Numbered from the stretch's first letter, positions 1-10,678 are shown. The stretch: DNA of 64,000 bases from Deltaproteobacteria bacterium (GCA_040218735.1 JAVJQW010000049.1:192001-256000); one strand, 5' to 3'. Program-made: numbers and translations. The notes: generated by a model not told the origin, from the sequence alone.

Positions 1-953
1 TACACCTTCATCAGCTCGGCCTTTGCGACGAGGCCGCGGATGCGGACGACCTGCCGCGGCTTCACGCCGATCAGCTCGGCGAGCTGGGTGGTGAGCTCCT
101 CGGAGGCGTCGTCGGAGATGTCGAGACGCACCGGCTCGCCGCGGTCGCGGCGGCGGAGCTCGTCCTGAATCGTGGACAGGAGGTTTTCGGCTTCGTCTTC
201 GGCGATGTCGAGATCACTCGCGCGCATCACGCGGAAGGGGCTCGCCTCCAGGATGTCGTAGCCGGGGAAGAGCTGCCCGACGAAACACTTGATGACCCCT
301 TCGAGCGCGAGGAAACGGAAGCGCTTCTTCGCGGCGGGGAAGGGCGCGAAGCGCGGGAGCACCGACGGCACCTGCACGATCGCGAGCAGCTCGCCGCTCG
401 GCTGTTCGAACCGCGCGTGTTTCTTTGCCGGCATCCGGTTCTTCACGCGGAGGGCGAGGTTGAGCGACCCGTTGCGGAGGTTCGGGAACGGGTGCGCCGT
501 GTCGATCGCGATCGGCGTTAGGCACGGGTGCACCTCGCGCTCGTAGAAGGCGAGGGCGTCGGCTTCGATCGATTCGTCGAACTGCTTCGGCCCGAGGATG
601 TGGATGCCGCTCGCTTCGAGCGCGGGGAGGACCTCGTCGTCCAGGATGTTGGAGAGGTCCGCGATGAGCGTGGTGGCGCGCGTCCAGACCTCGCGGAGGA
701 GGACTTCGAGCTCCAGGCCGTCGGGGCCCATCTCGAAGGCGTCGTCGTCGGCGCGCGCGTGGCGCTCGAGGCCGCCGACGCGAACCATGAAGAACTCGTC
801 GAGGTTCGAGGACGCGATCGCGATGAACTTGAGGCGCTCCAGGACGGGGACGTCGGACCGGCGCGCGAGGTCGAGGACACGTCGGTTGAAGTCCAACCAC
901 GACAGCTCGCGGTTGATGAACAGATGCGGTGACAACAGATCGACGTCGTCCAA
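1..953 (-). CDS. ppk1: Polyphosphate kinase 1 (partial, runs off the left edge)
   Basis: Not in the ORF track because it has no stop in the window. Manual translation from TTG at 953 gives LDDVDLLSPHLFINRELSWLDFNRRVL...FIAIASSNLDEFFMVRVGGL...TPIAIDTAHPFPNL, which are PPK1 motifs. Confidence 0.93.
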   Translation of the reverse strand, partial: MDDVDLLSPHLFINRELSWLDFNRRVLDLARRSDVPVLERLKFIAIASSNLDEFFMVRVGGLERHARADDDAFEMGPDGLELEVLLREVWTRATTLIADLSNILDDEVLPALEASGIHILGPKQFDESIEADALAFYEREVHPCLTPIAIDTAHPFPNLRNGSLNLALRVKNRMPAKKHARFEQPSGELLAIVQVPSVLPRFAPFPAAKKRFRFLALEGVIKCFVGQLFPGYDILEASPFRVMRASDLDIAEDEAENLLSTIQDELRRRDRGEPVRLDISDDASEELTTQLAELIGVKPRQVVRIRGLVAKAELMKV

Positions 954-998
954 AGCGGGCGTAGGGTACCAGAGCGAACCGAGGTACGGTGCGCCGAG

Positions 999-3017
999 AT
1001 GGTGACCCCGCTGACGGCTGAGGCGCTCCTCGGTGAAGGGGGGGCGGCGGATCGGGTGCTCCCGGGCTGGGAGGCGCGGCCCGAGCAGATCCGCATGGCG
1101 GAGGCGGTCCAGGCCAAGCTCGACGAGGGGGGCGTCGCGATCGTCGAGGCCCCCACGGGGGTCGGGAAGACACTGGCCTATCTGGTCCCGGCGGCGCTGA
1201 GCGGTCGGCGCGTCATCGTCTCGACGAACACCAAGACGCTGCAGGATCAGATCGTCGACAAGGATCTGGTGCGGCTGCGCGCGATCCTCGGCGAGGCGGG
1301 GTTGGAGCTGTCGCGCGCGACGGCGGACGACGTGACGCCGCAGCACCCCGAGCGCGTGCGTTACGCGCTGATGAAGGGGCGGGCGAACTACCTGTGCATC
1401 GATCGCCTCCAGGCGAAGACGCGGCAGCGCACGTTCGACTTCGACGACTACGATCTGATGCGCGAGATCCGCGAGTGGTCGGAGGTGACGGAGCGCGGCG
1501 ACCGCAGCGAGCTCGTGGGGCTCCCGGAGCGGTCGATGCTGTGGGACGGCCTCGACGCGCGCTCGGAGACCTGCAAGGGCAAGCGCTGCGAAAACTACGA
1601 CGCGTGTTGGGTGGTGCGGATGCGGCGCGAGGCGGAGAACGCCGAGCTCATCATCGTGAACCACCACCTGCTCCTGGCGGACCTGTCGATGCAGGCGGCG
1701 CAGATGCTCTCGGGGGACGGTCGCACGTTCGGGGAGATCATCCCGCCCGCCGACGCGCTGATCGTCGACGAGGCGCACGCGTTGGAGGAGATCGCGACGG
1801 ACTACTTCGGCGGCTCGTTGTCCACGAAGAAGCTCGATCGGCTCGTCGCGGATCTGTCGGCGTTCGGCTCGACGCGCGATGGCCGGTTCGCCGCGCGGCT
1901 CGTGGCGGCGACGGCGCGCGTGGGCGCGTCTTCGTCGAGGGTCTTCGGCGCGCTGCCGAAGGGCGACGGGCGCGTGCGCGCGAAGCAGGGGGAGTCGCCG
2001 TTCGAGCCGGCGCGACGGGTGTTGCCGGACGCGGAGCGGGACCTCGACGAGGTCGTCCAGCTCGTCGACGAGGTCGCGGGGTACGACCCGGCGGCGGACG
2101 CGTTGTCGCGACGAACGCGGGAGATGGCGGACGCGATCGGGTTCGTGCTGCGTGCGGAGGACGACGACTACGTCTACTGGTCGGAGCGGAAGAACAAGGT
2201 GGTGACGATGGGCGCCTCGCCGATCGACGTGGCGAGCCTCTTGTCGCGGTTTTTGTTCGATCGGTTCGCCGCGGTGGCGTTGACGAGCGCGACGCTCAGC
2301 ACGGGGCGCGAGGACACGCGCTTCTTCTCGCGTGCGGTGGGTGCGCCCGAGGACGCCGATGCGCTGGTGCTCGGGTCACCCTTCGACTTCGCGAAGCAGT
2401 CATTGTTGTTCGTCCCGCACGACGCGCCGGAGGGGAACCAGCGCGACGCCACCGAGCTCGGGGCGGAGATCGCGAAGACGTTGATCGACACGGTCGGCGG
2501 CGGCGCGCTGTACCTGTTCACGAGTTACCGCGCGATGCACGCGGCGCACCGGATGCTCGCGCACCGGCTCGACTACCCGGTGTTCATGCAGGGCGACAAA
2601 CCGAAGCGCGAGCTCATCGCGGGGTTCGTCGCGCAGGCGCCGGCGGTGTTGTTCGCGACGGCGAGCTTCTGGGAGGGCGTCGACGTCCCGGGGGCGGCCC
2701 TGCAGATCGTGCTGATGGACCGGCTCCCGTTCGACCCGCCGAACGACCCGCTCGCGGTGGCGCGCGGCGAGCGGCTCGAGGCGCGGGGGAAGAGTGCGTT
2801 CTCCGCCTACTTCGTCCCGCGCGCGATCCTGCGGTTGAAGCAGGGCTTCGGGCGATTGGTGCGCACGAAGCAGGACCGCGGGGTGGTCGCGATCCTCGAT
2901 CGACGGATCCTCAGCCGCGGCTACGGGCGGCGCTTCCTCGCGGCGCTCCCCAACGCGCGGCGGGTGTCGCACCTCGAAGACGTCGAGCAGTGGTGGCGGG
3001 ACACCCCCGGCGCCTGA
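999..3017 (+). CDS. ATP-dependent DinG/YoaA family DNA helicase
   Basis: Walker A EAPTGVGKT, KGRANYLC, Fe-S cysteines (CKGKRC...C), DEAH box, SFWEGVDVPG, LKQGFGRLVR. Confidence 0.93.
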   Translation: MVTPLTAEALLGEGGAADRVLPGWEARPEQIRMAEAVQAKLDEGGVAIVEAPTGVGKTLAYLVPAALSGRRVIVSTNTKTLQDQIVDKDLVRLRAILGEAGLELSRATADDVTPQHPERVRYALMKGRANYLCIDRLQAKTRQRTFDFDDYDLMREIREWSEVTERGDRSELVGLPERSMLWDGLDARSETCKGKRCENYDACWVVRMRREAENAELIIVNHHLLLADLSMQAAQMLSGDGRTFGEIIPPADALIVDEAHALEEIATDYFGGSLSTKKLDRLVADLSAFGSTRDGRFAARLVAATARVGASSSRVFGALPKGDGRVRAKQGESPFEPARRVLPDAERDLDEVVQLVDEVAGYDPAADALSRRTREMADAIGFVLRAEDDDYVYWSERKNKVVTMGASPIDVASLLSRFLFDRFAAVALTSATLSTGREDTRFFSRAVGAPEDADALVLGSPFDFAKQSLLFVPHDAPEGNQRDATELGAEIAKTLIDTVGGGALYLFTSYRAMHAAHRMLAHRLDYPVFMQGDKPKRELIAGFVAQAPAVLFATASFWEGVDVPGAALQIVLMDRLPFDPPNDPLAVARGERLEARGKSAFSAYFVPRAILRLKQGFGRLVRTKQDRGVVAILDRRILSRGYGRRFLAALPNARRVSHLEDVEQWWRDTPGA

Positions 3018-3054
3018 CTTGCGTTCGAGTCCGGGGCCTGGGTAACACAGGCGC

Positions 3055-5466
3055 GTGGGGGATCGCGCGCCAGTCGAAGTGTCCGGTGAAGACTTCGGAC
3101 CGCTCCCGGAGCGCCTCCCGCTGCTGCCGATTCGCGACCTCGTCGTCTTCCCGTACATGGTCGTGCCGCTGTTCGTGAGCCGCGATGTCTCGATCGGTGC
3201 GATCGAGGAGGCGCAGGCGGCGGACGGGTTGATGTTCCTCGCGGCGCAGAAGATGACCTCGAAGGACGCGCCGTTCTCGGACGACGTCTACGCGGTCGGC
3301 ACCATCGGCAAGGTGCTGCGCGTGAAGCGGCTCGCGGACGGACAGATCAAGCTGCTCGTGCAAGGGCTACGGCGCGCGCGCATCGACGACTGGATCCAGG
3401 AGCGCCCCACGATGGCGGTGCGCGCGTCGGCGCTCGAGGATGCGGTCTCTAAGGACCAGCAGTTCGAGGTCGAGGCGTTGATCCGCGAGGTGCACGACTC
3501 GCTGAAGGCGCTGAACGACGCCGGGCGTGGGCTGCCGAAGGACGTCATGAACGTGATGCTCGGGCTGACGGAGCCGGGCGCGCTCGCGGATCTCGTCGCT
3601 TCGAACCTCGGGTTGAAGGTGGCGGACGCGCAGCAGGTGTTGTCGGCGGGGCCGCCGCTCGAGCGGCTGAAACACGTGAACGAGGCGCTGACCAAGGAGC
3701 TCGAAGTCCTCACGTGGCAGCAGAAGATCCAGTCGCAGGCGAAGGAGGAGATGTCGCGCGCGCAGCGCGAGTACTTCCTGAGGGAGCAGCTCAAGCAGAT
3801 CCAGAACGAGCTGGGGGACCTCGACTCGAAGGACGAAGACCTCCGGTCGCTGCGCTCGCGCCTCGACGAGGCGGGGCTGTCGCCGGACGCGCAGGCGGAG
3901 GCGAACAAACAGCTTCGGCGGCTCGAGTCGATGAACGCGGACTCCGCGGAGTCGTCGGTGGTGCGCACGTACCTGGAGTGGCTCGCGGACCTGCCGTGGT
4001 CGGCCGCCGCGCCGGACGCGGTGGACCTGAAGGCGGCGCTCGCGACGTTGGACGCGGACCACCACGGGCTGGAGGCGGTGAAGGATCGCATCCTCGAGTA
4101 CATGGCGGTGCTCGGGCTGAAGGGGGACATGAAGGGCCCCATCCTGTGTTTCGTCGGTCCGCCGGGCGTCGGTAAGACGAGCCTCGGGCGCAGCATCGCG
4201 CGCGCGTTGTCGCGGCCGTTCGTGCGGGTGTCGCTCGGGGGTGTGCACGACGAGTCGGAGATCCGCGGGCACCGCCGGACGTACGTCGGCGCGATGCCGG
4301 GGCGGATCATCGGTGGGTTGAAGCAGGCCGGGGCGAACAACCCAGTGTTCATGCTCGACGAGCTCGACAAGGTCGGGACGGACGCGCGCGGAGATCCGGC
4401 GTCGGCGCTGTTGGAGGTGCTCGACCCCGAGCAGAACGACGGGTTCACCGACCACTATCTGAACCTGCCGTTCGATCTGTCGCGGGTGTTGTGGCTCGGC
4501 ACGGCGAACGTGGTGGACCGCATCCCGGCGCCGTTGCGCGACCGGATGGAGATCATCCAGCTCCCCGGCTACGACGCCGAGGACAAGCTACACATCGCGG
4601 AGCAGTACCTGGTGCCGAAGCAGCTGGAGCGGGCGGGGCTGTCCTCGGAGCAGATCCACATCTCGAAGGCGGCGCTGGAGGCGATCGTCGATCGCTATAC
4701 GCGTGAGGCGGGGTTGCGTTCGCTGGAGCGGCAGCTCGCGAAGATCGCGCGGAAGGTGGCGCGCTCGGTCGCCGAGGGGCGCAAGCGCCCGGCGCGGGTG
4801 ACGACGCAGAAGCTCGAGAAGTACCTCGGCCCGCGGCGCCACGATCCGGAGCGCCCCGATCACGAGGATCGCGTCGGCTTGGCGACGGGGCTGGCGTGGA
4901 CGGAGGCGGGTGGCTCCATCCTGCACGTCGAGGCGACGATCATGCGCGGCAAGCCGGGTCTCACGCTCACGGGGCAGCTCGGCGCGGTGATGAAGGAGTC
5001 GGCGCAGGCGGCGCTGTCCTGCGCGCGCTCGCGGATGGCGATGTACGGCATCGACGAGGACGTGCTGTCGAACCAGGAGCTGCACGTGCACGTCCCGCAC
5101 GGCGCGATCCCGAAGGACGGCCCCTCGGCTGGCATCACGATGGCGGTGGCGATCCTGTCGCTGCTGATGGGGCGGCCGATTCGGCGCGACGTCGCGATGA
5201 CCGGGGAGATCACTTTGCGCGGGCGCGTGCTCCCGGTGGGCGGGTTGCGTCAGAAGCTCTTGGCCGCGGCGCGCGCGGGTGTGAACGAGGTGATCGTCCC
5301 GGCGGCGAACGAACCGGACCTCAAGGAGATCCCTTCGCGCCTGTTGTCGCGCGTGAAGGTGCACCCGGTGAAGGAGCTCGAAGAGGTCCTCCAGATCGCG
5401 GTGCTCGGCTTTTCACCCCCGAAGCGCCCGGAGTCGGAGCGCGGCGCTCGGGTTGGGTGGGCCTGA
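3055..5466 (+). CDS. lon: ATP-dependent Lon protease
   Basis: N-domain [13 protein letters not shown], Walker [10 protein letters not shown], Walker B LDELDK, catalytic PKDGPSAG and downstream Lys (GGLRQK). Confidence 0.97.
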   Translation: MGDRAPVEVSGEDFGPLPERLPLLPIRDLVVFPYMVVPLFVSRDVSIGAIEEAQAADGLMFLAAQKMTSKDAPFSDDVYAVGTIGKVLRVKRLADGQIKLLVQGLRRARIDDWIQERPTMAVRASALEDAVSKDQQFEVEALIREVHDSLKALNDAGRGLPKDVMNVMLGLTEPGALADLVASNLGLKVADAQQVLSAGPPLERLKHVNEALTKELEVLTWQQKIQSQAKEEMSRAQREYFLREQLKQIQNELGDLDSKDEDLRSLRSRLDEAGLSPDAQAEANKQLRRLESMNADSAESSVVRTYLEWLADLPWSAAAPDAVDLKAALATLDADHHGLEAVKDRILEYMAVLGLKGDMKGPILCFVGPPGVGKTSLGRSIARALSRPFVRVSLGGVHDESEIRGHRRTYVGAMPGRIIGGLKQAGANNPVFMLDELDKVGTDARGDPASALLEVLDPEQNDGFTDHYLNLPFDLSRVLWLGTANVVDRIPAPLRDRMEIIQLPGYDAEDKLHIAEQYLVPKQLERAGLSSEQIHISKAALEAIVDRYTREAGLRSLERQLAKIARKVARSVAEGRKRPARVTTQKLEKYLGPRRHDPERPDHEDRVGLATGLAWTEAGGSILHVEATIMRGKPGLTLTGQLGAVMKESAQAALSCARSRMAMYGIDEDVLSNQELHVHVPHGAIPKDGPSAGITMAVAILSLLMGRPIRRDVAMTGEITLRGRVLPVGGLRQKLLAAARAGVNEVIVPAANEPDLKEIPSRLLSRVKVHPVKELEEVLQIAVLGFSPPKRPESERGARVGWA

Positions 5467-5506
5467 GACGAATCAAGCGTCCGAAATGACCAGAAGCGCT
5501 CGACGG

Positions 5507-6502
5507 TCAGTCCGTCGAACCGGCGGTGAGCGCGGCGGTCTGGTCCCCGGGGCCGTCGCGGAAGCGGGTCACGGCGTTCTTCACCGGGGGCACCGTCCGT
5601 AGGTAGTCGTAGATCGCGCCGAGGTCCTCCTCGGACATCCCCGCGTACGACGTCCACGGCATGATGGTCTGACCGTCTCCCGGGTCGAGCTTCGGGAGGC
5701 TGTCCGCGTCCGCGAAGGCCTTGAAGCGGCCGATGAAGCGCTCGCGGCTCCACGCGCCAATGCCGGTGTCGACGTCCGGCGTGATGTTCGCCGACGTCAC
5801 GTGCATGCCCAGCACGGAGACGTCGAAGTCGAAGCCCCCGGCGAGCATCCGGCCGGGGACCGGTCCGTTGGCGTCCTGCACCGTGTGGCAGTCGTGGCAG
5901 CTCGCGGACTCGAGGAGGTACTGGCCGTAGGCGATGGTGTCCTTCCGATCCGGGCAGTCCTCGCGGAGAGCGAACGTCCCCGTTGGGCCGGCGGGCGCGT
6001 CCCAAGGGATGTCGAGCGCGCGCGGTGGGACGGTGAAGTCGATGGGTTCGAGCGCACGCAGCCACGCGAGGATCGCCTCCAGGTCGCTTCGGCACATCTT
6101 TCGGAGCTGGAGGTAGGGCATGAGCGGGAACAAGGCGTCGCCCCGCGGCCCGACCCCTGCGGTCATCGCCCGTAGGATCTGTTCGTCGCTGAACGTGCCG
6201 AGCGCCGCCGGCGTGATGTTTCGCGCGAACACCGTCCCGGGGATCCCCATTTCACGCGTAAAGGGGGCTCCTCCTTTGCCTGCGGTGCCGCGAACCGGTG
6301 GGCCTGCGAACCGGGAGAAGTCGCGGTCGGAGTGGCAGTCGACGCAGATGGCGACGCTGTGCGCGAGGTACTCACCGCGGACGAGCTTGTCGGCGGTGGG
6401 TACGTGGTGGTTCGTGGCGGGCTGCTCCGACGAACCCACGCAGGCGGTCATGATCAGCGCGAACGCGCAAGAGAGTGAGTAGAGAGGAGTAGTAAGCTTC
6501 AT
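5507..6502 (-). CDS. Diheme c-type cytochrome, probable lipoprotein
   Basis: Two CxxCH motifs (CVDCH, CHDCH), two NITP motifs and MPY/MPW axial-Met motifs. Signal peptide has a lipobox-like IMTAC. ATG at 6502 is preferred over GTG at 6517. Confidence 0.85.
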   Translation of the reverse strand: MKLTTPLYSLSCAFALIMTACVGSSEQPATNHHVPTADKLVRGEYLAHSVAICVDCHSDRDFSRFAGPPVRGTAGKGGAPFTREMGIPGTVFARNITPAALGTFSDEQILRAMTAGVGPRGDALFPLMPYLQLRKMCRSDLEAILAWLRALEPIDFTVPPRALDIPWDAPAGPTGTFALREDCPDRKDTIAYGQYLLESASCHDCHTVQDANGPVPGRMLAGGFDFDVSVLGMHVTSANITPDVDTGIGAWSRERFIGRFKAFADADSLPKLDPGDGQTIMPWTSYAGMSEEDLGAIYDYLRTVPPVKNAVTRFRDGPGDQTAALTAGSTD

Positions 6503-6531
6503 GCTCGTAAAGTGCACGAAGTCGCGAGACC

Positions 6532-6575
6532 GCGATCCTGAGTTGTTACTGAGGATAGACTAACTATTTACTAAG
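6532..6575 (-). promoter_or_regulatory. Four direct repeats phased at 11 bp, candidate wHTH regulator binding array
   Basis: Minus strand reads CTTAGTAAATA|GTTAGTCTATC|CTCAGTAACAA|CTCAGGATCGC. It is an AT-rich island between the regulator's 3' end and the cytochrome start. Confidence 0.55.
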
Positions 6576-7921
6576 TCGGAGGCGGAGCTTCGTTCCGTGA
6601 GCGTGATCGCGGAGGAGACGACCAGCGTGAACTTACCCCGCCCCGATGAAACGATGCGCACGTCTGGGCACTTGTCGTTCAGGCGCCTGCGCAAGAGAAT
6701 CAGTCGACTCTCGAGGTTGTCCTTGATCGGCGGGAGGCCCAGCGATGGGTCGAGACGGAGCTCACGGTTCGAAAAGTCCGTGCGCCCCTCGCGACGGTAC
6801 GCCGAGAGGACCTTCCACAGGATCTTCGCCGGGACGTTGCGGATGAGGTACTCGCCGTCCACGAAGATGCAGTCGTCGTTCTTGTACAGACAGAACGAGC
6901 GGGCCGTCGTGCGCTGCTCGGCGGGCTCTTCGGTTTCGACGTTCGAGAGACGTTCGATCGCCGTCGCGATCTGGTTGCCGACGATGCTGATGAACGCTTC
7001 GTGCCACTGCGTGAGCGCGGCCGGGCGCCGGCTCTCCACCGCGAGGACGCCAACCAGCTGACACCCGACGAGCAACGGGACGGCGAGCTCACTCTCGGCG
7101 TCCGGGAGGCCACAGATCGGGACTTCGGACGTCACGGCGTCGCGGAGAGTGCGGCGGATCGCACGTCGATACCGGAGCTCGGTGCCGACCTCCATTCGGA
7201 GCGGCCGCTTCTGGCGCGCGGCGGCGCCGATCACGCCCACACCGAACGGGACGACGGCGCCAACCCCATCGTGAGCGTAACCGCGGCTGGCGAGTGTGAC
7301 GAGACGATCCCCCGTGTCGTCCGGAATGAGGATGATCGTGTGGTCGAAGCCGAAGAGAGCTCCGAGGGTCTCCAGCGTCGTGGCCAGAAGCTCCTCGAGG
7401 TCGCTCGCGCGGTTGATGCGGTCGGAGATGATCTGCAACGACCGCAACTCACCCACCGGGTCGTTGCGTGGGACGCTGAGTGCAATCGGGGCGGCCAGGT
7501 CTTCCGGTGTCGGCGGTCGCAGGAATCCGGGGACGGCTTGGACGTCCAGCACCTCGCAGATATCTGCGCTTCGGAGCCGAAACACTCCGGCCATGCCCGT
7601 CTGTGCGGCGATCGCATCGATGCGGCCCGACATGGTGTCGAACAGCGGGCCGTCGGTCTCCGAGCGCTCGAAACGCAGCTTCAAGCGGTAGGCTTCGAAG
7701 GTCAGCGGGTCGTAGACTTCGACGCGCGCGTATGGGTTCTCGCGGAGGTTCTTCGCGGTCTTGTTGAAGAACTGACAACTCAGCGCGACGTGGTTTGCGT
7801 CGACGTAATGGAGCTCACTCACATAGGTGATGTTGGGGAGCCCGCCGGCAGAGCACGTCGCGATGACGTTCGGGACGACACCGTGGAAGCACTGGACGAT
7901 CCGGTCGAGCGGGATACTCAC
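6560..7921 (-). CDS. Pyridoxamine 5'-phosphate oxidase-like (flavin-binding) + GAF + winged-helix transcriptional regulator
   Basis: N-terminal CFHGVVPNVIATCS...ALSCQFFNKTAKNL, central GAF (ELAVPL...GVLAVES), C-terminal wHTH (NRELRLDPSL...NLESRLILLRRRL). GTG at 7921 overlaps the upstream stop (GTGA). Confidence 0.8.
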   Translation of the reverse strand: MSIPLDRIVQCFHGVVPNVIATCSAGGLPNITYVSELHYVDANHVALSCQFFNKTAKNLRENPYARVEVYDPLTFEAYRLKLRFERSETDGPLFDTMSGRIDAIAAQTGMAGVFRLRSADICEVLDVQAVPGFLRPPTPEDLAAPIALSVPRNDPVGELRSLQIISDRINRASDLEELLATTLETLGALFGFDHTIILIPDDTGDRLVTLASRGYAHDGVGAVVPFGVGVIGAAARQKRPLRMEVGTELRYRRAIRRTLRDAVTSEVPICGLPDAESELAVPLLVGCQLVGVLAVESRRPAALTQWHEAFISIVGNQIATAIERLSNVETEEPAEQRTTARSFCLYKNDDCIFVDGEYLIRNVPAKILWKVLSAYRREGRTDFSNRELRLDPSLGLPPIKDNLESRLILLRRRLNDKCPDVRIVSSGRGKFTLVVSSAITLTERSSASDLVNS

Positions 7922-8397
7922 GACCCGACCTCGTTCAGTCGCTGCCCCGCGCGTGAGCCGGGGGTCTGGTCGAAGACGGCGTCGACGGTGCACTCGACGG
8001 CGTAGGCTGGCCATGTCGACATACGACGACTGATGCGCCGCGGCAGGCCGATCGACTCGAGCTCGACGACCAAGCGGTCGTGATACGCCTGAACCGTCGC
8101 CTGCTCCGACGCCTCCGCGACCCGAATGCTCCGCAGCATCCCCTTGAACTGGATCGACTCGTGCGTCGAGGGCCTCGTCACGACGACCGCGACGATCTTC
8201 GAGGTCTCCAGCGCGGCGTGCAGCTCCGTCGAAGTGGCGACGGGCAAGTAGACCGTCATGGACGCTCCGTCGGGCGCGACCACGATGCCGCAGGCCCGGG
8301 TCTCGCTGGGCATGAGCGAGCCATCTCGGCTCGTGGCCAAGACCGACACCCCCTGCGCGAGGAGCGCCGTGAGGCGCTCGTGGAGCTCCCGATCCGT
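7918..8397 (-). CDS. Pyridoxamine 5'-phosphate oxidase family (split-barrel flavin-binding) protein; start uncertain (ACG 8397 or GTG 8349)
   Basis: GVSVLATSRD...RACG...THESIQFKG...VFDQTPGSRAG, the typical partner of the GAF regulator. The frame is open upstream of 8349. Confidence 0.7.
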   Translation of the reverse strand, partial: TDRELHERLTALLAQGVSVLATSRDGSLMPSETRACGIVVAPDGASMTVYLPVATSTELHAALETSKIVAVVVTRPSTHESIQFKGMLRSIRVAEASEQATVQAYHDRLVVELESIGLPRRISRRMSTWPAYAVECTVDAVFDQTPGSRAGQRLNEVGS

Positions 8398-8656
8398 AGG
8401 TGGAACGCTACGCCCTCGCCGCGGCGGAATCGAGCGAAATCGTCTCGAGCTCGTCCGTCTGCGTCAGGATTCACACCCTGGAGCGCGTCGGACGGTTCGC
8501 TTCTGCCCGCGTGTTCAGTCGACGGTGTTCCAGCGACGGAAACGTTCGATGTCGCCGTCGGCGTGCACGAGGACGCCGTAGAGCCGGCTCTTGCAGACCT
8601 CACCTAAGAAGATCCTCACCGCGTTTGTGTGATGTCGGGGGCGCTGTCGGTGGGGT

Positions 8657-10225
8657 TCAGAACATGCCGGCGAGCATCGCTTCGACCGGGGCGTAGTCGT
8701 CGGTCAGCAGGATCGCGTCGGCGAGGTGGGGCTCGATCTGGTCCCACGCAACGAAGAAGCGGGTGAGCTCGGTGAGGCCCATCGCTTCGCCGAGGGCGCG
8801 GACGTCCTCGGGCCTCGGGAGGGGCTTTCGGCTCGCGACGAGGATGAGGTTGGAGCCGGCGCCGGCGCCGCGGCGGCCGTAGACCTGGACGTGGCCGAAG
8901 ACTTCGCGGAGCGTCTTCACCGTGGCGTAGAAGAAGGCGCCGTGTTTCGGGTCGAGCGAGGAGATGACGTTGCTCATGTACACGCCGTCGTCCGTCATGC
9001 GCTCCGCGACCAGCGTGTAGAACTCCTTCGTCGCGAGGTGGAACGGGATCCACGAGACGCCGTTGTAAGCGTCGCCGAAGACGAAGTCGTAGCGGTGATC
9101 CGACACACGTAGGTTTCGGCGGGCATCGCCCGTGACCGCACGAACGCGCGGGTGCTCGCCGAGCTCGAAGTACTCGACGCCCATCTCGACGACCTTCGGG
9201 TCGAGCTCGTACACGTCGACCGCAGCGTCCGGGTACATCTCGCTGAAGCGGATGGGCATCGTGAACGCGCCGCCGCCGACGAACGCCGCCCGCTTCGGGC
9301 CCTTCAGGTACACCCGCGCGACGTCGATGAAGCGTGTGTACCAAAACGGCAGCACGTCGGAGTCCAGCGCGCGCGCGCCCTCGCGGGTGGAGTCGAGGTC
9401 GAGCTGCCGGATCCGACCGACGCGGCTTCTGTACTCCGTGACGCGGACGCGGTGATAGAACGTCTCCTCCTCGTGCAGCAGCTCCTCCTGCGCGTTGAGG
9501 TGCGGCGTGTGCTCCACGAACCACGGCACCAACACCAGCGCCGCGACGACCGCGGGGGCCTTCATCGAGACCTTCGCGTACAGCGCACCGCCGACGCCGA
9601 TCGCCGCGAGCACCGCCGCGACGCCCGCGAGCACCGCCTTCGTCCCGAGGAACGGGAGCAGGAAGAAACCGGCGCCGAACGTCCCGAGGATCGAACCCAT
9701 CGCGCCGAGCGCCGACACGTGGCCCGACGCACGCCCCGCGTCGGCGCCGCCGAGGTTCACGACCTTCACCGCGACCGGAGAGAGCGCGCCGATCAACACA
9801 CTCGGCACGAAGAACAACAGCCCTGTCGCGACGAGCGCACCCGACGACGGCGACATCGAGGCCGCGAGCTTCGGCAGCAGCCACGACGACCACAGCGGCA
9901 CGACCGCGACCGTCGCCCCCGCGCCGCACGACAGGAACACCAACGTCGAAGGGCGCCCGCGCTCGGCGAGCATGCCGCCGACCTGGTAGCCGATCGTCAG
10001 CGCCGCGAGGATCATCCCGATGATCCCCGACCACAGGAACACCGTGTTCCCGAACTCCGGCGCCAGCACGCGGCTCGCCGTGATCTCCAGGACCATCAAG
10101 CACGCCCCCGCCGCGAACGACACCGCGCCCGCGTACCAGGACGCGTGTTTGTCGGACGCCGCGGCCTCCGGGACGGGCGCCTCCGCCTCCGGAGCCTTCT
10201 TGGCCTTCTTCTTCGACTTGGCCAT
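8657..10225 (-). CDS. Fused membrane domain/spermidine synthase-like SAM-fold protein
   Basis: Several TM helices, then VGGGAFT, YELDPKVV, TGDAR, DFVFGDAY, PFHLATKEFY, LTDDYAPVE. ATG at 10225 is coupled to the upstream TGA. Confidence 0.85.
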   Translation of the reverse strand: MAKSKKKAKKAPEAEAPVPEAAASDKHASWYAGAVSFAAGACLMVLEITASRVLAPEFGNTVFLWSGIIGMILAALTIGYQVGGMLAERGRPSTLVFLSCGAGATVAVVPLWSSWLLPKLAASMSPSSGALVATGLLFFVPSVLIGALSPVAVKVVNLGGADAGRASGHVSALGAMGSILGTFGAGFFLLPFLGTKAVLAGVAAVLAAIGVGGALYAKVSMKAPAVVAALVLVPWFVEHTPHLNAQEELLHEEETFYHRVRVTEYRSRVGRIRQLDLDSTREGARALDSDVLPFWYTRFIDVARVYLKGPKRAAFVGGGAFTMPIRFSEMYPDAAVDVYELDPKVVEMGVEYFELGEHPRVRAVTGDARRNLRVSDHRYDFVFGDAYNGVSWIPFHLATKEFYTLVAERMTDDGVYMSNVISSLDPKHGAFFYATVKTLREVFGHVQVYGRRGAGAGSNLILVASRKPLPRPEDVRALGEAMGLTELTRFFVAWDQIEPHLADAILLTDDYAPVEAMLAGMF

Positions 10226-10671
10226 CAGTCGCCGTAGAACACGAGCGACTGGATCAGCCAATCACCGTTGAAGTCCTTGAACAGGATGAAGCGGTCGACG
10301 CCCGTGCTCTTCTTGTTCTTTTTCTCCAGGACCCACTGCACCGTCGCGCTCGCGGCGACGTCGTCGACGTCGGCGACGAAGCTCGTCATACGCTCCACCA
10401 TCTTCTCGGACTTCACCGCGTGGCGCTGGGTGGCGAGGAAGCGGTCGAGCGGGAGCACCCACTGCACGCTGCCCTTCTCGATCAACGTGATCGTCGCCTT
10501 CGGGGAGAAGTGCGCGCCGTAGGCGTCGATGTCTCCGCGGGACCACGTCGCGAAGTAACTCGTGAGGAACTTCTCGATCTCGGGGTTCGGCTTCTTCTCG
10601 GACGCCGTCGTCGACTTACACGCGCCCGCGAGGAGCAGCACCGACAGGGCGGGGATGAGGACCCAGCGCAT
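10225..10671 (-). CDS. NTF2/SnoaL-like lipoprotein
   Basis: Lipobox LAGAC. NTF2-like pattern YFATWSRGDIDAYGAHFSPKA...GVDRFILFK...WLIQSL. Confidence 0.7.
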   Translation of the reverse strand: MRWVLIPALSVLLLAGACKSTTASEKKPNPEIEKFLTSYFATWSRGDIDAYGAHFSPKATITLIEKGSVQWVLPLDRFLATQRHAVKSEKMVERMTSFVADVDDVAASATVQWVLEKKNKKSTGVDRFILFKDFNGDWLIQSLVFYGD

Positions 10672-10678
10672 GCCTTCG

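Noticed and set aside
1-5466. ppk1 next to lon as a polyphosphate-Lon functional module
   Set aside because: The genes are divergent and separated by a helicase. Adjacency alone is not evidence.
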